Below are positions 22,347 through 30,743 of a DNA stretch of 32,000 nucleotides, in pieces (positions within the stretch are counted from its first letter, which is position 1; every line of letters begins with the position of its first letter). The stretch is from NCBI RefSeq assembly GCF_014396165.1, contig NZ_CP060715.1:1380001-1412000 (forward strand). The letters are read 5' to 3'. The notes beneath the pieces are model-generated. The model searched no databases. It had not been told where the DNA came from and saw only the letters and a list, made by a program, of their open reading frames with translations. The DNA comes from Erysipelothrix inopinata. Its GTDB lineage: Bacteria > Bacillota_I > Bacilli_A > Erysipelotrichales > Erysipelotrichaceae. The position numbers and the translations under genes were made by a program.

Positions 22347-23720
22347 ATGGATAACATAATACAGTTTTTCGAAGATAAACTCGTTCCGATTGCAGCGAAA
22401 ATTGGTAATCAACGCCATTTAGTAGCGATTCGTGACGGATTTGCAGCATTAATGCCACTTGTTATGGCTGGTGCTATTGCATTGTTACTGAACAACGTTG
22501 TATTCAGCCCAACAAGTTTGATTGCTGAATTGACAGGAGCAGGTGAAAGTGGACTTTACCAATTCTTTGGTACATACATTTCCCCAATCCTAGGAAGTAT
22601 CGATGCTGGTACATTATCAATGCTTGGGTTAGCATTAACCTTTGCAATTGCATACTTACGTGCACAAGCTGAAGATCAAGATGCTTTAATCACAGGTACT
22701 ATCGCAATGGGAGCATACATCATCTTAGGTGCTTTAAGCCGTAAGAATACAGTTGTTGCTCCATGGGTAGGTCACTATCTTGGTAGTCAAGGTGTCTTCG
22801 TTGCATTATTGGTAGGACTTATTGTTCCTGCAATTTATTTCGGAATTGTAAATAAAAACTGGACAATCAAAATGCCAGACACTGTTCCACCAGCAGTTTC
22901 ACGTGGATTCATGGGTATTATTCCAGGTACACTTGTACTTGTAATTATTGCGGCATTTAAATTCTTACTTGTTAAGATTCCATTTTCAGGAATGGAAACA
23001 ATGTTTGGAGATGCTCCAACAACAGTCTTTATGATTTTTGAATACTATATTGCATTACCATTCTCAAGTATTTCACAAGGACCAGTATTAGTGTTAATTA
23101 TTTCAACACTTGTACCATTGCTATGGTTCTTCGGACTTCACGGAGCAAACTTACTTGCTGCAGTTACAAGTCCAATTTATGGAAACTTACAAAACCATAA
23201 CTTACAAGCATACGAACAAGGTATTCGCGAAATTAGTGCGAACCCATTAGCTGATAACAAATTAGCATTCTGGGTAAGCGGATCATGGGATGCATATGTA
23301 TACCATGGTGGATCAGGGGCTACATTGCCATTGATTATCGCTATCCTACTATTCTCAAAAGTTAGAGATCAAAAAGAAGTTGCTCGACTCAGTCTTGCTC
23401 CAGGTATCTTCATGATTAACGAACCAGTATTATTTGGTATTCCAATTGTGTTGAACCCAATCTACTTGATTCCATTTGTAATTAACCAACCTATTCTAGC
23501 TATGATTGCATTCTATGCATCAAAAACTGGATTTGCAGGTCCAATTGTTAACTCAATTCCATGGACAACACCTCCAATTTTAAATGCTCTACTTGCAACA
23601 AACTTTAGTTGGGGTGCTGGACTTATTGCTACATTGAACTTAGTAATCGCATTTGCAATTTACGTACCATTCGTATTTGTTGCTAACAGTGCAGATAGTA
23701 AGATCAATAAAGAAGCATAG
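22347..23720 (+). CDS. PTS sugar transporter subunit EIIC, lactose/cellobiose (type 3) family
   Basis: MDNIIQFFEDKLVPIAAKIGNQRHLVAIRDGF is a typical CelB-type N-terminus, with FFGLHG and NEPVLFG motifs. SD GGAGG lies 6 nt upstream of the ATG at 22347; the upstream part of the track ORF covers the promoter/leader. Confidence 0.88.
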   Translation: MDNIIQFFEDKLVPIAAKIGNQRHLVAIRDGFAALMPLVMAGAIALLLNNVVFSPTSLIAELTGAGESGLYQFFGTYISPILGSIDAGTLSMLGLALTFAIAYLRAQAEDQDALITGTIAMGAYIILGALSRKNTVVAPWVGHYLGSQGVFVALLVGLIVPAIYFGIVNKNWTIKMPDTVPPAVSRGFMGIIPGTLVLVIIAAFKFLLVKIPFSGMETMFGDAPTTVFMIFEYYIALPFSSISQGPVLVLIISTLVPLLWFFGLHGANLLAAVTSPIYGNLQNHNLQAYEQGIREISANPLADNKLAFWVSGSWDAYVYHGGSGATLPLIIAILLFSKVRDQKEVARLSLAPGIFMINEPVLFGIPIVLNPIYLIPFVINQPILAMIAFYASKTGFAGPIVNSIPWTTPPILNALLATNFSWGAGLIATLNLVIAFAIYVPFVFVANSADSKINKEA

Positions 23721-23796
23721 TATTAACCTAAAAAATTAGTGTTTTGTACGCAAGTCCTGTATAATTAATATACAGGACTTGTGTTAAGGAGTAATT

Positions 23797-24234
23797 ATGA
23801 TAAAAGAGACGATTTATATTGAAAAACCAATCAATGAAGTCTGGGATTTCGTTGAACTTCAGTTTGCAAAAGCATTTAAATGTAGTCCCTCAAAGATTTT
23901 AGGGAAAGAAACTACAGCTGAAACCTTAAACTTTACAGGAAAAACTATGACTGTAAGTCAAAAAATCACAACTGTTGATAAAGAAAAACATCTTGTGATG
24001 ACTTCAGAAAGTGGTAAAGATCTGGTTGAAAGCCATTATGAGTTTGAAGCTGATGAAGCTGATAACGGTACTTACCTGACATTTTATGAATCTGGTGAAG
24101 GAAAAAAGAGTAAATTACGTTCAATGAATTTTTCTTTCTTTTCGCTTCCGATTTTGCGACGATCTACAAAGAAAAAATTCCGACGTCGTCTTGAAAGTTT
24201 AAAAGTAATGATAGAAAGTGATGATGAATTATGA
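23797..24234 (+). CDS. SRPBCC-fold-like small protein (possibly DUF3284, a family often linked to cellobiose PTS operons)
   Basis: The N-terminal IEKPINEVWDFV pattern resembles START/Bet v1-like proteins. The C-terminal tail is basic. The family assignment is from memory and tentative. Confidence 0.5.
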   Translation: MIKETIYIEKPINEVWDFVELQFAKAFKCSPSKILGKETTAETLNFTGKTMTVSQKITTVDKEKHLVMTSESGKDLVESHYEFEADEADNGTYLTFYESGEGKKSKLRSMNFSFFSLPILRRSTKKKFRRRLESLKVMIESDDEL

Positions 24235-24452
24235 TAGTAGTATCTTCTCCTCTTAAAAGAGATTTTATGGTAGAACTTGTTGATGGTTATACCATTGATG
24301 ATTTTGAATTTAGACATGTTAAAACTGAAGGCATGAAGTTGTACTTTGAGTGCACTAATCCTGATACAGAAAAAGCAGTTAGACATGTCAAGAATCTTAT
24401 CAAGGGTTCCGAAATGGGTCGTGCTTTATACTTTACAGTTACAGCAGAGTAG
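24231..24452 (+). CDS. Hypothetical small protein (73 aa from the ATGA-overlapping start, or 61 aa from ATG 24267)
   Basis: The ORF is followed by a good terminator. No family recognised. The start is ambiguous. Confidence 0.45.
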   Translation: MIVVSSPLKRDFMVELVDGYTIDDFEFRHVKTEGMKLYFECTNPDTEKAVRHVKNLIKGSEMGRALYFTVTAE

Positions 24453-24510
24453 ATCCTCAATGAAGTTGTAAACAGGTATTCCTTTTACCCAACCAAAAAT
24501 ATCATATCTA

Positions 24511-24545
24511 GAAAATCTACGGGGTGGTTAGATTTTCTTTTTTTA
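24511..24545 (+). terminator. Rho-independent terminator of the EIIC operon
   Basis: Stem GAAAATCTA / TAGATTTTC with a 9-nt loop, followed by a T-run. Confidence 0.75.
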
Positions 24546-24552
24546 TGCCTTC

Positions 24553-24580
24553 ATAAAAAAAAACGCATCGAAATGCGTTT
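24553..24580 (-). terminator. Rho-independent terminator of the GntR gene (minus strand)
   Basis: AAACGCAT-cgaa-ATGCGTTT with a run of A on the plus strand (T on the minus strand). It overlaps the stop codon. Confidence 0.7.
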
Positions 24581-25289
24581 AGTAGAGTAGATTTGATAGT
24601 TTAAGGAAACGGGTGTATTTATAATGATGTACGTCGATAGAGTAATCGAAAATTTCACCTGTTTTAAACATTGATTTGTTGGTTGATATAAGTGCAGGGT
24701 CACCAACTTCAAGTCCAAGTAGCTTTGCATCCTTTTCATTTAGAGGTGCTGCTTCAATCACGCGGTCAACGTAACCAATTTGTTTTTTAAGACCAGTTTG
24801 GATATATTGATAGATTGAATCTAAGATAATTTCACGATTTAGATAAGGGATGTACTCTTTATTGAAATAAGAGTATTCTACAACCCACTGTTTTCCATCG
24901 ATAATTCTTAAACGGTTAATGTAATAGAGTTCTTGTCCTTCTTCACATTTCATGATTTCCGCAATTTCTTTATTTGCTTGAATTTCCTTGAATTCTAAAA
25001 GCTCAGTTGTAACTGTATTGCCTTGATGATCAGCAGTTAACCCTTTAAAATTTTCAAGATTAATCGCGTTTTTATACGATACATCACGGATGAACAATCC
25101 ACTACCTTGGACAGGCATGATATGTCCTTTTTTCACGAGATTATCAATTGCTTTACGTATTGTATTACGACTGACATTGTACTCATGAATTAATTCTTCT
25201 TCTGTTGGGAGCTTACTACCCGCATGATAATACCCGGTAAGAATTTTTTCTTCGAGTTCTTGGCTGATAGTTTTGTACTTATGAGTCAT
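24579..25289 (-). CDS. GntR family transcriptional regulator, HutC subfamily (wHTH + UTRA domain)
   Basis: KLPTEEELIHEYNVSRNTIRKAIDNLVKKGHI is the GntR wHTH. The C-terminal ~150 aa are UTRA-like. The start is at the ATG with GGAGG 5 nt upstream. Confidence 0.88.
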   Translation of the reverse strand: MTHKYKTISQELEEKILTGYYHAGSKLPTEEELIHEYNVSRNTIRKAIDNLVKKGHIMPVQGSGLFIRDVSYKNAINLENFKGLTADHQGNTVTTELLEFKEIQANKEIAEIMKCEEGQELYYINRLRIIDGKQWVVEYSYFNKEYIPYLNREIILDSIYQYIQTGLKKQIGYVDRVIEAAPLNEKDAKLLGLEVGDPALISTNKSMFKTGEIFDYSIDVHHYKYTRFLKLSNLLY

Positions 25290-25322
25290 TCTGACCTCCA
25301 TATTTTACATGATTCTATTGAT

Positions 25323-25331
25323 ATTATACCA
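25323..25331 (-). promoter_or_regulatory. Extended -10 (TGgTATAAT on the minus strand) for the GntR gene
   Basis: The reverse complement of ATTATACCA at 25323-25331. The same 10-mer ATTATACCAT recurs at 26113. Confidence 0.5.
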
Positions 25332-25382
25332 TAATAAAAGGCTTTACCACAATTGGCAAGCCTTAATAGGTATTTACAAATT

Positions 25383-26093
25383 TTATAGGTCGGAATATTT
25401 AATAAATTCGACACCATTTGCTTTCGCAATTTCTTTTAATTCTGGATCTGTCATGATTTTTAATTCATCCATACGCCATTCAGCATAACTTGAAATTGAA
25501 CGTAAGTAGTCATCTACATATGCAGGATGAGTCATGATATCTACTGCTTCGTATTTTTTATCTTCAAAGAGGTTTACAAAGTATTCTTTTGTGACGCCAG
25601 CTTTATAGAAATGATTTTCGCAATCCACTTCGTTTGGTAATACAGTACGATCAGATCGGAATGGAACATTATACTTCTTAGCGAGCTTTTCAGCTACGGG
25701 TCTTAGACGAGGTACAAGATGGACATGATGATGGGAATCAAGATGATCAATCGGAATATGTTTAACGATTGATGCAATTTGTGCATCCCATTCGTTGTAG
25801 AGTTCTTCAAGATCAATAGACTCGTCAATAGTATCAGGTCTAAACTTGAAACTACCATCTTCTTTAACTAATGTTTTATGAGATTTTAATAGAGGACTTT
25901 GAGTTGTGAGAACCATATGTACTCCGACTCCAAGGCCAGGATTTTCCTTTGCAAGTTCAATTGCTTCTTCAGTATACTTGGTATTTGCCATCAAAGTTGT
26001 TGATGTTAAAATACCATCTTGGTATGCTTCAATAATTGCTTTGTTTCCGCCGTGAGTTAAACCAAAATCATCGGCATTTACTATAACTTTCAT
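25383..26093 (-). CDS. chbG: YdjC/ChbG family carbohydrate (chitooligosaccharide) deacetylase
   Basis: The N-terminus (VNADDFGLTHGGNKAIIEAYQDGILTSTTLMAN) and the DSHHHVH motif are characteristic of YdjC/ChbG. Confidence 0.85.
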   Translation of the reverse strand: MKVIVNADDFGLTHGGNKAIIEAYQDGILTSTTLMANTKYTEEAIELAKENPGLGVGVHMVLTTQSPLLKSHKTLVKEDGSFKFRPDTIDESIDLEELYNEWDAQIASIVKHIPIDHLDSHHHVHLVPRLRPVAEKLAKKYNVPFRSDRTVLPNEVDCENHFYKAGVTKEYFVNLFEDKKYEAVDIMTHPAYVDDYLRSISSYAEWRMDELKIMTDPELKEIAKANGVEFIKYSDL

Positions 26094-26112
26094 TTGAATT
26101 CCTCCTAGTAAA

Positions 26113-26134
26113 ATTATACCATGTTTGGTATCAT
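26113..26134. promoter_or_regulatory. Back-to-back extended -10 boxes forming the palindrome ATACCA-tgtt-TGGTAT between chbG (-) and the cyclophilin gene (+)
   Basis: The minus strand reads TGgTATAAT (26113-26121) and the plus strand reads TGgTATCAT (26126-26134). Confidence 0.45.
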
Positions 26135-26151
26135 ATTTGTGGAGGTATATT

Positions 26152-26631
26152 ATGAATTATACAATTAAAATCACCATGGAAAATGGTAAAGAAATGGTTG
26201 CGGAACTTTATGAAGATATTGCTCCAAAAACAGTTGCGAATTTTGTTAAACTAGTTAAAGAAGGGTTCTATGATGGACTCATCTTCCACCGTGTTATTCC
26301 AGGATTCATGATTCAAGGCGGATGCCCTGATGGAACAGGTATGGGTGGTCCAGGATACCAAATTGAAGGGGAATTCACTTCAAACGGTTTCAAGAATGAT
26401 TTAAGACATACTAAAGGAATTTTATCAATGGCACGTGCTATGGATCCTAACTCTGCTGGAAGTCAATTCTTTATTATGGCTCAAGACTCACCACATTTAG
26501 ATGGACAATACGCTTCATTTGGAAAGGTGATTGAAGGCCTTGATGTAGTGGATGAAATTGTCGCAGTAAAACGCAATCATAACGATCGACCATTTGAAGA
26601 TCAAAAAATTCAAAAAATCGAACTTATCTAA
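26152..26631 (+). CDS. ppiB: Peptidyl-prolyl cis-trans isomerase, cyclophilin type
   Basis: The motifs FHRVIPGFMIQGG, GILSMA and GSQFFI are cyclophilin signatures. SD GGAGG lies upstream of the ATG at 26152. Confidence 0.9.
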   Translation: MNYTIKITMENGKEMVAELYEDIAPKTVANFVKLVKEGFYDGLIFHRVIPGFMIQGGCPDGTGMGGPGYQIEGEFTSNGFKNDLRHTKGILSMARAMDPNSAGSQFFIMAQDSPHLDGQYASFGKVIEGLDVVDEIVAVKRNHNDRPFEDQKIQKIELI

Positions 26632-26636
26632 AAAAA

Positions 26637-26673
26637 GAAAACAGTTTACAAATCAGTGAACTGTTTTCTTTTG
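26637..26673 (+). terminator. Rho-independent terminator after the cyclophilin gene
   Basis: Stem AGAAAACAGTT / AACTGTTTTCT followed by TTTT. Confidence 0.7.
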
Positions 26674-26695
26674 GTTAATTTTTCTTCAGGAGGGT

Positions 26696-26722
26696 AAAAA
26701 AAAGAGGCAGCTTTCGCTGCCA
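26696..26722 (-). terminator. Minus-strand rho-independent terminator about 100 nt downstream of the M24 peptidase stop
   Basis: The minus strand reads GGCAGC-gaaa-GCTGCC followed by TCTTTTTTTT. Confidence 0.65.
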
Positions 26723-26825
26723 ATGCTTTGAGGGGATGTAAAGCATTACAATCTTGTGATTGCATGAATATCATAACGCGATTTTATGAAGATGTAAAAC
26801 GATTTGAGTCGATTTCACAAACCTT

Positions 26826-27872
26826 TCACAGGCTTATCATAGAAAATTCTTTTGGCGCATGATTCATTACGAAACCACCATCTTTTGTCACACAAATGAG
26901 GTCTTCAATGCGAATTCCTCCGAGTCCTTCTATATAGATTCCTGGCTCAATTGAGAAGCACATACCTTCTTTGATTATCGTATCATTTGTTGAACTGACA
27001 TTGAGATTTTCGTGACACTCAATTCCGATTCCGTGTCCCGTACGGTGAACAAAGTAGGGACCATATCCAGCTTGCTCAATAACACTTCGTGCGGCCTTAT
27101 CAACTTCGGATAAAGGGATACCGGGTTTAACGGTTGCAATCGCATTTAAATTTGCTTCTAAAACAATGTTATAGATTTTCTCTAATTCGGAATTATCACC
27201 GAAGAAGAAACAACGTGTCATATCTGAACAGTACCCCTTGTAAATGCCACCCATGTCAATCTGAATGACATCACCTTTTTTGAGCTTTCGGTTTGAAGGA
27301 ATCCCATGAGGGTCCGCAATGTTTTCGCTAAAGAGGGCGATGGGTTCGAAACTTACTCCAGTAAGGGGATCCGTGCTTTGTTTTTTACGAATAATTTCTG
27401 CAAGTTCTATTTCAGAAATACCCTCGACAAAATATTCTTTTAATGATTCCATAATTTGGTCATTTAAGTTTGAAGCTTCTTTCATGATTTCTATTTCGGA
27501 TGCATCTTTTATATTGCGAACAGCTTCAAGATAAAGCGAAGCATTTTCTAATTTTACTGTTTCAATGAGTGGGATAATAAACTTTGCTGAACAATTGCCG
27601 TCAACTGCAAGTGTTTCATGCGCATTGATATTAGCTAATAAAATGCTTGTGATATCATCACTGTCCTCAAATGGAATGGTATTGTATTCACTAGGAATTT
27701 CAAATAATTTATTGATGAAAAAAGTTGGTTCACCTTCTTTGGGAACATACACACCAATGAAACGTTCTCCGACATCATATCTCAAACCTGTATAATAAAA
27801 AATCATAATTGGGTCAGTTATGAGTAGTTGATTCACCCTCATACTGCTTTGTAATCGATTAATTCGTGACAT
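26826..27872 (-). CDS. M24B family Xaa-Pro dipeptidase/aminopeptidase
   Basis: Metal-ligand motifs DMGGIYKGYCSDMTR, HRTGHGIG, SIEPGIY and GGIRIED. The start is at the ATG with AGGAGG 7 nt upstream. Confidence 0.88.
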   Translation of the reverse strand: MSRINRLQSSMRVNQLLITDPIMIFYYTGLRYDVGERFIGVYVPKEGEPTFFINKLFEIPSEYNTIPFEDSDDITSILLANINAHETLAVDGNCSAKFIIPLIETVKLENASLYLEAVRNIKDASEIEIMKEASNLNDQIMESLKEYFVEGISEIELAEIIRKKQSTDPLTGVSFEPIALFSENIADPHGIPSNRKLKKGDVIQIDMGGIYKGYCSDMTRCFFFGDNSELEKIYNIVLEANLNAIATVKPGIPLSEVDKAARSVIEQAGYGPYFVHRTGHGIGIECHENLNVSSTNDTIIKEGMCFSIEPGIYIEGLGGIRIEDLICVTKDGGFVMNHAPKEFSMISL

Positions 27873-27965
27873 AACAAATCCTCCTGTGACTATTATAGGT
27901 GTCAAGCAGTATAGAATGCAATGATTAGAAAATTATGATACTATTTAATTGAAAGGATGATATAT

Positions 27966-28322
27966 ATGAAAGAAATGCAACAATCACAAGTTATTATCGT
28001 TAATCGAAATCCAGCTGATTCATCAATTCAGATTATTATCCCACCTTTTAGACCGATAAATCTTTTTGAAATTGAAGATAATTTCGAAGGGATCACTCAG
28101 GAAATTGAAACTAAAGTTTCTGATAACCAAATATCAGAGCAAATTATTCATTTTGTCACAGCATTTAAAGACTCTATGGAAGAAGAAGATATTCTTCCTA
28201 TCGTTGAATACTTCCTCATTAGAGATGTGGAAGCTATGAATCCTGAGGAAATCAAAATGATTTTTGATGCGGTTAAAGAATTTATAGAATATATTAAAGA
28301 TGATAATCGTTTGATGCATTAG
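27966..28322 (+). CDS. Hypothetical acidic cytoplasmic protein (118 aa)
   Basis: ORF with SD GAAAGGA 8 nt upstream and a terminator immediately after it. No family recognised. Confidence 0.55.
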   Translation: MKEMQQSQVIIVNRNPADSSIQIIIPPFRPINLFEIEDNFEGITQEIETKVSDNQISEQIIHFVTAFKDSMEEEDILPIVEYFLIRDVEAMNPEEIKMIFDAVKEFIEYIKDDNRLMH

Positions 28323-28350
28323 AAAACCACGGATAATCCGTGGTTTTTTA
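28322..28350. terminator. Bidirectional hairpin terminator between convergent genes
   Basis: AAAACCACGGA-taa-TCCGTGGTTTT, flanked by A-rich sequence on the left and T-rich on the right. Confidence 0.8.
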
Positions 28351-29214
28351 TTGATGAATCATCACATTGTTTTTTAATCCATCGATATTAATTCTGATAT
28401 AAGGCGTATTTTCTATTGAGGAATTATATCGGGAATGTACACTGGTAAGTGTATTTTTTTGAATCTTGTTGTGAAGGGTATCATTTAGTTCATTATGTAA
28501 ACCATTCGTATCAACATTATAATTCACCTCTGCTGTTTTGATGTCCATGGAAGAATTTAAGGCATTCAGTTCAAAATCACTTGTCTCAGCGAGATTCATG
28601 AGTAATAAATCTGCAGTTAGCGCATCAATTCGTGCAGTACCACCAAAATTATCGAAAGATCCTGTAACCTTTGCTCCATTAATCTCGAGGTTTGTATTGA
28701 TGTTTTTCATCGAAGTATTGGTGTGCAAGGCATCAATTTTCACGGATTTGAGTGATTGTAGTTCGTCACTCGTTATCGTAATATCACCATTTACCGACTT
28801 CACAGAGATACTACCGTCGTAATTGAGTGGTAGTGAGACAACCATTGAATCAATTTGTGCTTCTGTACAAGCAAACGTTATATTATTGGTACAAATTTGA
28901 TCGGATGATTTAATGTATGTTGATCCTTGAGCTTCAATGATTTTAAAATCTTGTAAGTCGCCGCTGACGTTAACTTTTGGAGTATCTGTCTCTGTGAACA
29001 TAATTTCGAGTTTATTCATTTGGCTCAGTTCGATTTCTAGCTTACTATTTAAATTAAAGGTTTCTTCTCGCTGAGTAAAACTAGAATTTACAATCACAGG
29101 ACGATTAAAACTGTTTATAATATCGCCGCCAAGATTACCAATTGCAAGAACGACGAGGAAGATACCAAGGAAGAAAATTCCTAAAGCAATCCAAATTTTA
29201 TTTTTACGACGCAT
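28348..29214 (-). CDS. DUF4097-like beta-strand-repeat protein with N-terminal TM anchor (putative adhesin/LiaG-like fold)
   Basis: TM helix, then repeated short strand motifs (VNGDITITS, NGAKVTGSF, ...). It is the third gene of a PadR-DUF1700 module, the usual context for this family. The start ATG at 29214 overlaps the upstream gene by 11 nt. Confidence 0.6.
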   Translation of the reverse strand: MRRKNKIWIALGIFFLGIFLVVLAIGNLGGDIINSFNRPVIVNSSFTQREETFNLNSKLEIELSQMNKLEIMFTETDTPKVNVSGDLQDFKIIEAQGSTYIKSSDQICTNNITFACTEAQIDSMVVSLPLNYDGSISVKSVNGDITITSDELQSLKSVKIDALHTNTSMKNINTNLEINGAKVTGSFDNFGGTARIDALTADLLLMNLAETSDFELNALNSSMDIKTAEVNYNVDTNGLHNELNDTLHNKIQKNTLTSVHSRYNSSIENTPYIRINIDGLKNNVMIHQ

Positions 29215-29785
29215 AGTAATGGCCTCCAGATTTAGTTCTAAATGCAAGTCGGATCAATCTCATGACAAGACGATGGAACGCGAGGAGTGCATACCATGAT
29301 AACCATGTAACTGCGACACCAATCATTGCAATACCCAATGCTAATAGTAGAATGTTAAAGAATGATATACCTGTAATTAAAGTCATGAAAAATCCGAATA
29401 CTGTGATGACAGAACAGAGTATTAAGACAAGTCCAACAATACACATTGTAAATAAAGTAGCATAAAGTCCAATTACAGGTCCAATTAGAATTACTGAAGC
29501 ACAAATACCAATAATAATTCTTAGTGTTGAATTTACATCGGAGCTCTCATTCACATACTGAAATGATTCATTACGCGTGTTGTTTGTTTTTTCGCTTTCA
29601 GGGAGATACTGTTTCGCCATTTCAATGGGACTCCCTAAAAGAGTACATATTTCTTCTTCTGATTTTCCTTCTGCTTGAGCAAAATCAAAATGTTCGTTTA
29701 AGTCATTTATTATTTCATCAAGTTCGTCTTGAGGAAGTGATTGTAAATGCCTTTTTAAAGTATCTATATATTCAATTCTTTTCAT
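29204..29785 (-). CDS. DUF1700 (HAAS-type) membrane protein, PadR partner
   Basis: The N-terminus (YIDTLKRHLQSLPQDELDEIINDLNEHFDFAQAEGKSEEEICTLLGSP) is the canonical DUF1700 helix bundle, followed by 3-4 TM segments. Confidence 0.75.
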   Translation of the reverse strand: MKRIEYIDTLKRHLQSLPQDELDEIINDLNEHFDFAQAEGKSEEEICTLLGSPIEMAKQYLPESEKTNNTRNESFQYVNESSDVNSTLRIIIGICASVILIGPVIGLYATLFTMCIVGLVLILCSVITVFGFFMTLITGISFFNILLLALGIAMIGVAVTWLSWYALLAFHRLVMRLIRLAFRTKSGGHYYAS

Positions 29786-30099
29786 ACTTTAGTTCCTTTC
29801 AGTAATGTATTCACATGATCGGTAAATGTATACCATTCATCAATTTTTTCTTGTGTGTAAGTTCTTCCTATAGGTGTTAGTGAGTAGTACTTTCGAGAAG
29901 GGCCTTGATCAGATTCAACCAATCGTGTTGTGACATAACCATCGTCCCTTAATCTTTTTAATAGGGGATACATAGTTCCTTCAGATATTTCAATGGTCTC
30001 AGAAACTGTACTTATAATTTCGTAGCCATAATAATCTCTTTCTAATAGAAGCGAAAGCACACATAATTCAAGAACACCTTTTTTGAATTGTGTATTCAT
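29782..30099 (-). CDS. PadR family transcriptional regulator
   Basis: LELCVLSLLLERDYYGYEI...EGTMYPLLKRLRDDGYV...RKYYSLT is the PadR wHTH signature. ATGA overlap with the DUF1700 gene. Confidence 0.9.
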   Translation of the reverse strand: MNTQFKKGVLELCVLSLLLERDYYGYEIISTVSETIEISEGTMYPLLKRLRDDGYVTTRLVESDQGPSRKYYSLTPIGRTYTQEKIDEWYTFTDHVNTLLKGTKV

Positions 30100-30198
30100 A
30101 TCGTCACCGCCTGGATAAATGGTACCACATAGTATCTTGCATTACAAGGTACCTTTCAATATTTATTAGTTAAATTGTAATTTGTTGTGTTTCATGCT

Positions 30199-30223
30199 TT
30201 ATTTATTGAAAAACAATAAATAA
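30199..30223. promoter_or_regulatory. Perfect 10-bp inverted repeat TTATTTATTG-n5-CAATAAATAA in the divergent intergenic region
   Basis: Arms at 30199-30208 and 30214-30223, about 25 nt upstream of an extended -10 (TGATATTAT, 30246-30254) for the DUF2975 operon. Confidence 0.45.
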
Positions 30224-30272
30224 TTGTTGCGTTTTGAGAAAAATATGATATTATTTGATTGTGGAGGATGTT

Positions 30273-30743
30273 ATGAAACGAAAAGAGTTTTATCTAATAT
30301 CACAGATTTTAGCAGTTGTATTGATTTTAATTGGTATTGTTTTGGTCAACGAAATGCCAAAACAGATTCGAATCCAAATGACTGATCTTGATACAAATTC
30401 GATCAAGATTTGGGTTGGGATTATATATCTAACTGCCGCAACATATTTTTTATCAGTTTATGAACTGGTGCGCATCATTCTGAGAACTAAAGCAACAGAA
30501 ATAACTAATATCGAAAATGCAAAGCATTTTAAAAGGATTGCATACTATGCTCTCATTAACGCCATTATTTACATTGTCATGCTATTGATATTTACACTAT
30601 CAAGCAATTTATCAAGTTTTGTATTCTTGATTGGCTTCAGTATTGTGGTAGTTGGTTTGGGTGCAAGTGCTATTTGTACCGTTTGTTCCTATCTAATTCA
30701 AAAGAATTACAAATTAGAAGAAGAAAGTAGGTTGGTCATCTAA
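30273..30743 (+). CDS. DUF2975-like multi-pass membrane protein
   Basis: Four hydrophobic segments. It lies immediately upstream of, and overlaps (TAATG), a YozG-type HTH gene, which is the typical DUF2975 pairing. SD GGAGG. Confidence 0.6.
   Translation: MKRKEFYLISQILAVVLILIGIVLVNEMPKQIRIQMTDLDTNSIKIWVGIIYLTAATYFLSVYELVRIILRTKATEITNIENAKHFKRIAYYALINAIIYIVMLLIFTLSSNLSSFVFLIGFSIVVVGLGASAICTVCSYLIQKNYKLEEESRLVI

Noticed and set aside
26725-26860. 32-aa plus-strand ORF (MNIITRFYEDVKRFESISQTFHRLIIENSFGA) downstream of the cyclophilin terminator, overlapping the end of the M24 peptidase gene.
   Set aside because: It has no SD, overlaps the convergent gene's 3' end, and has no recognisable motif.
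27340-27355. GGTTCGAAAC string resembling a tRNA T-arm.
   Set aside because: It lies inside the M24 peptidase coding sequence with no surrounding cloverleaf (no acceptor or anticodon stems). I found no tRNA or rRNA genes anywhere in the window.
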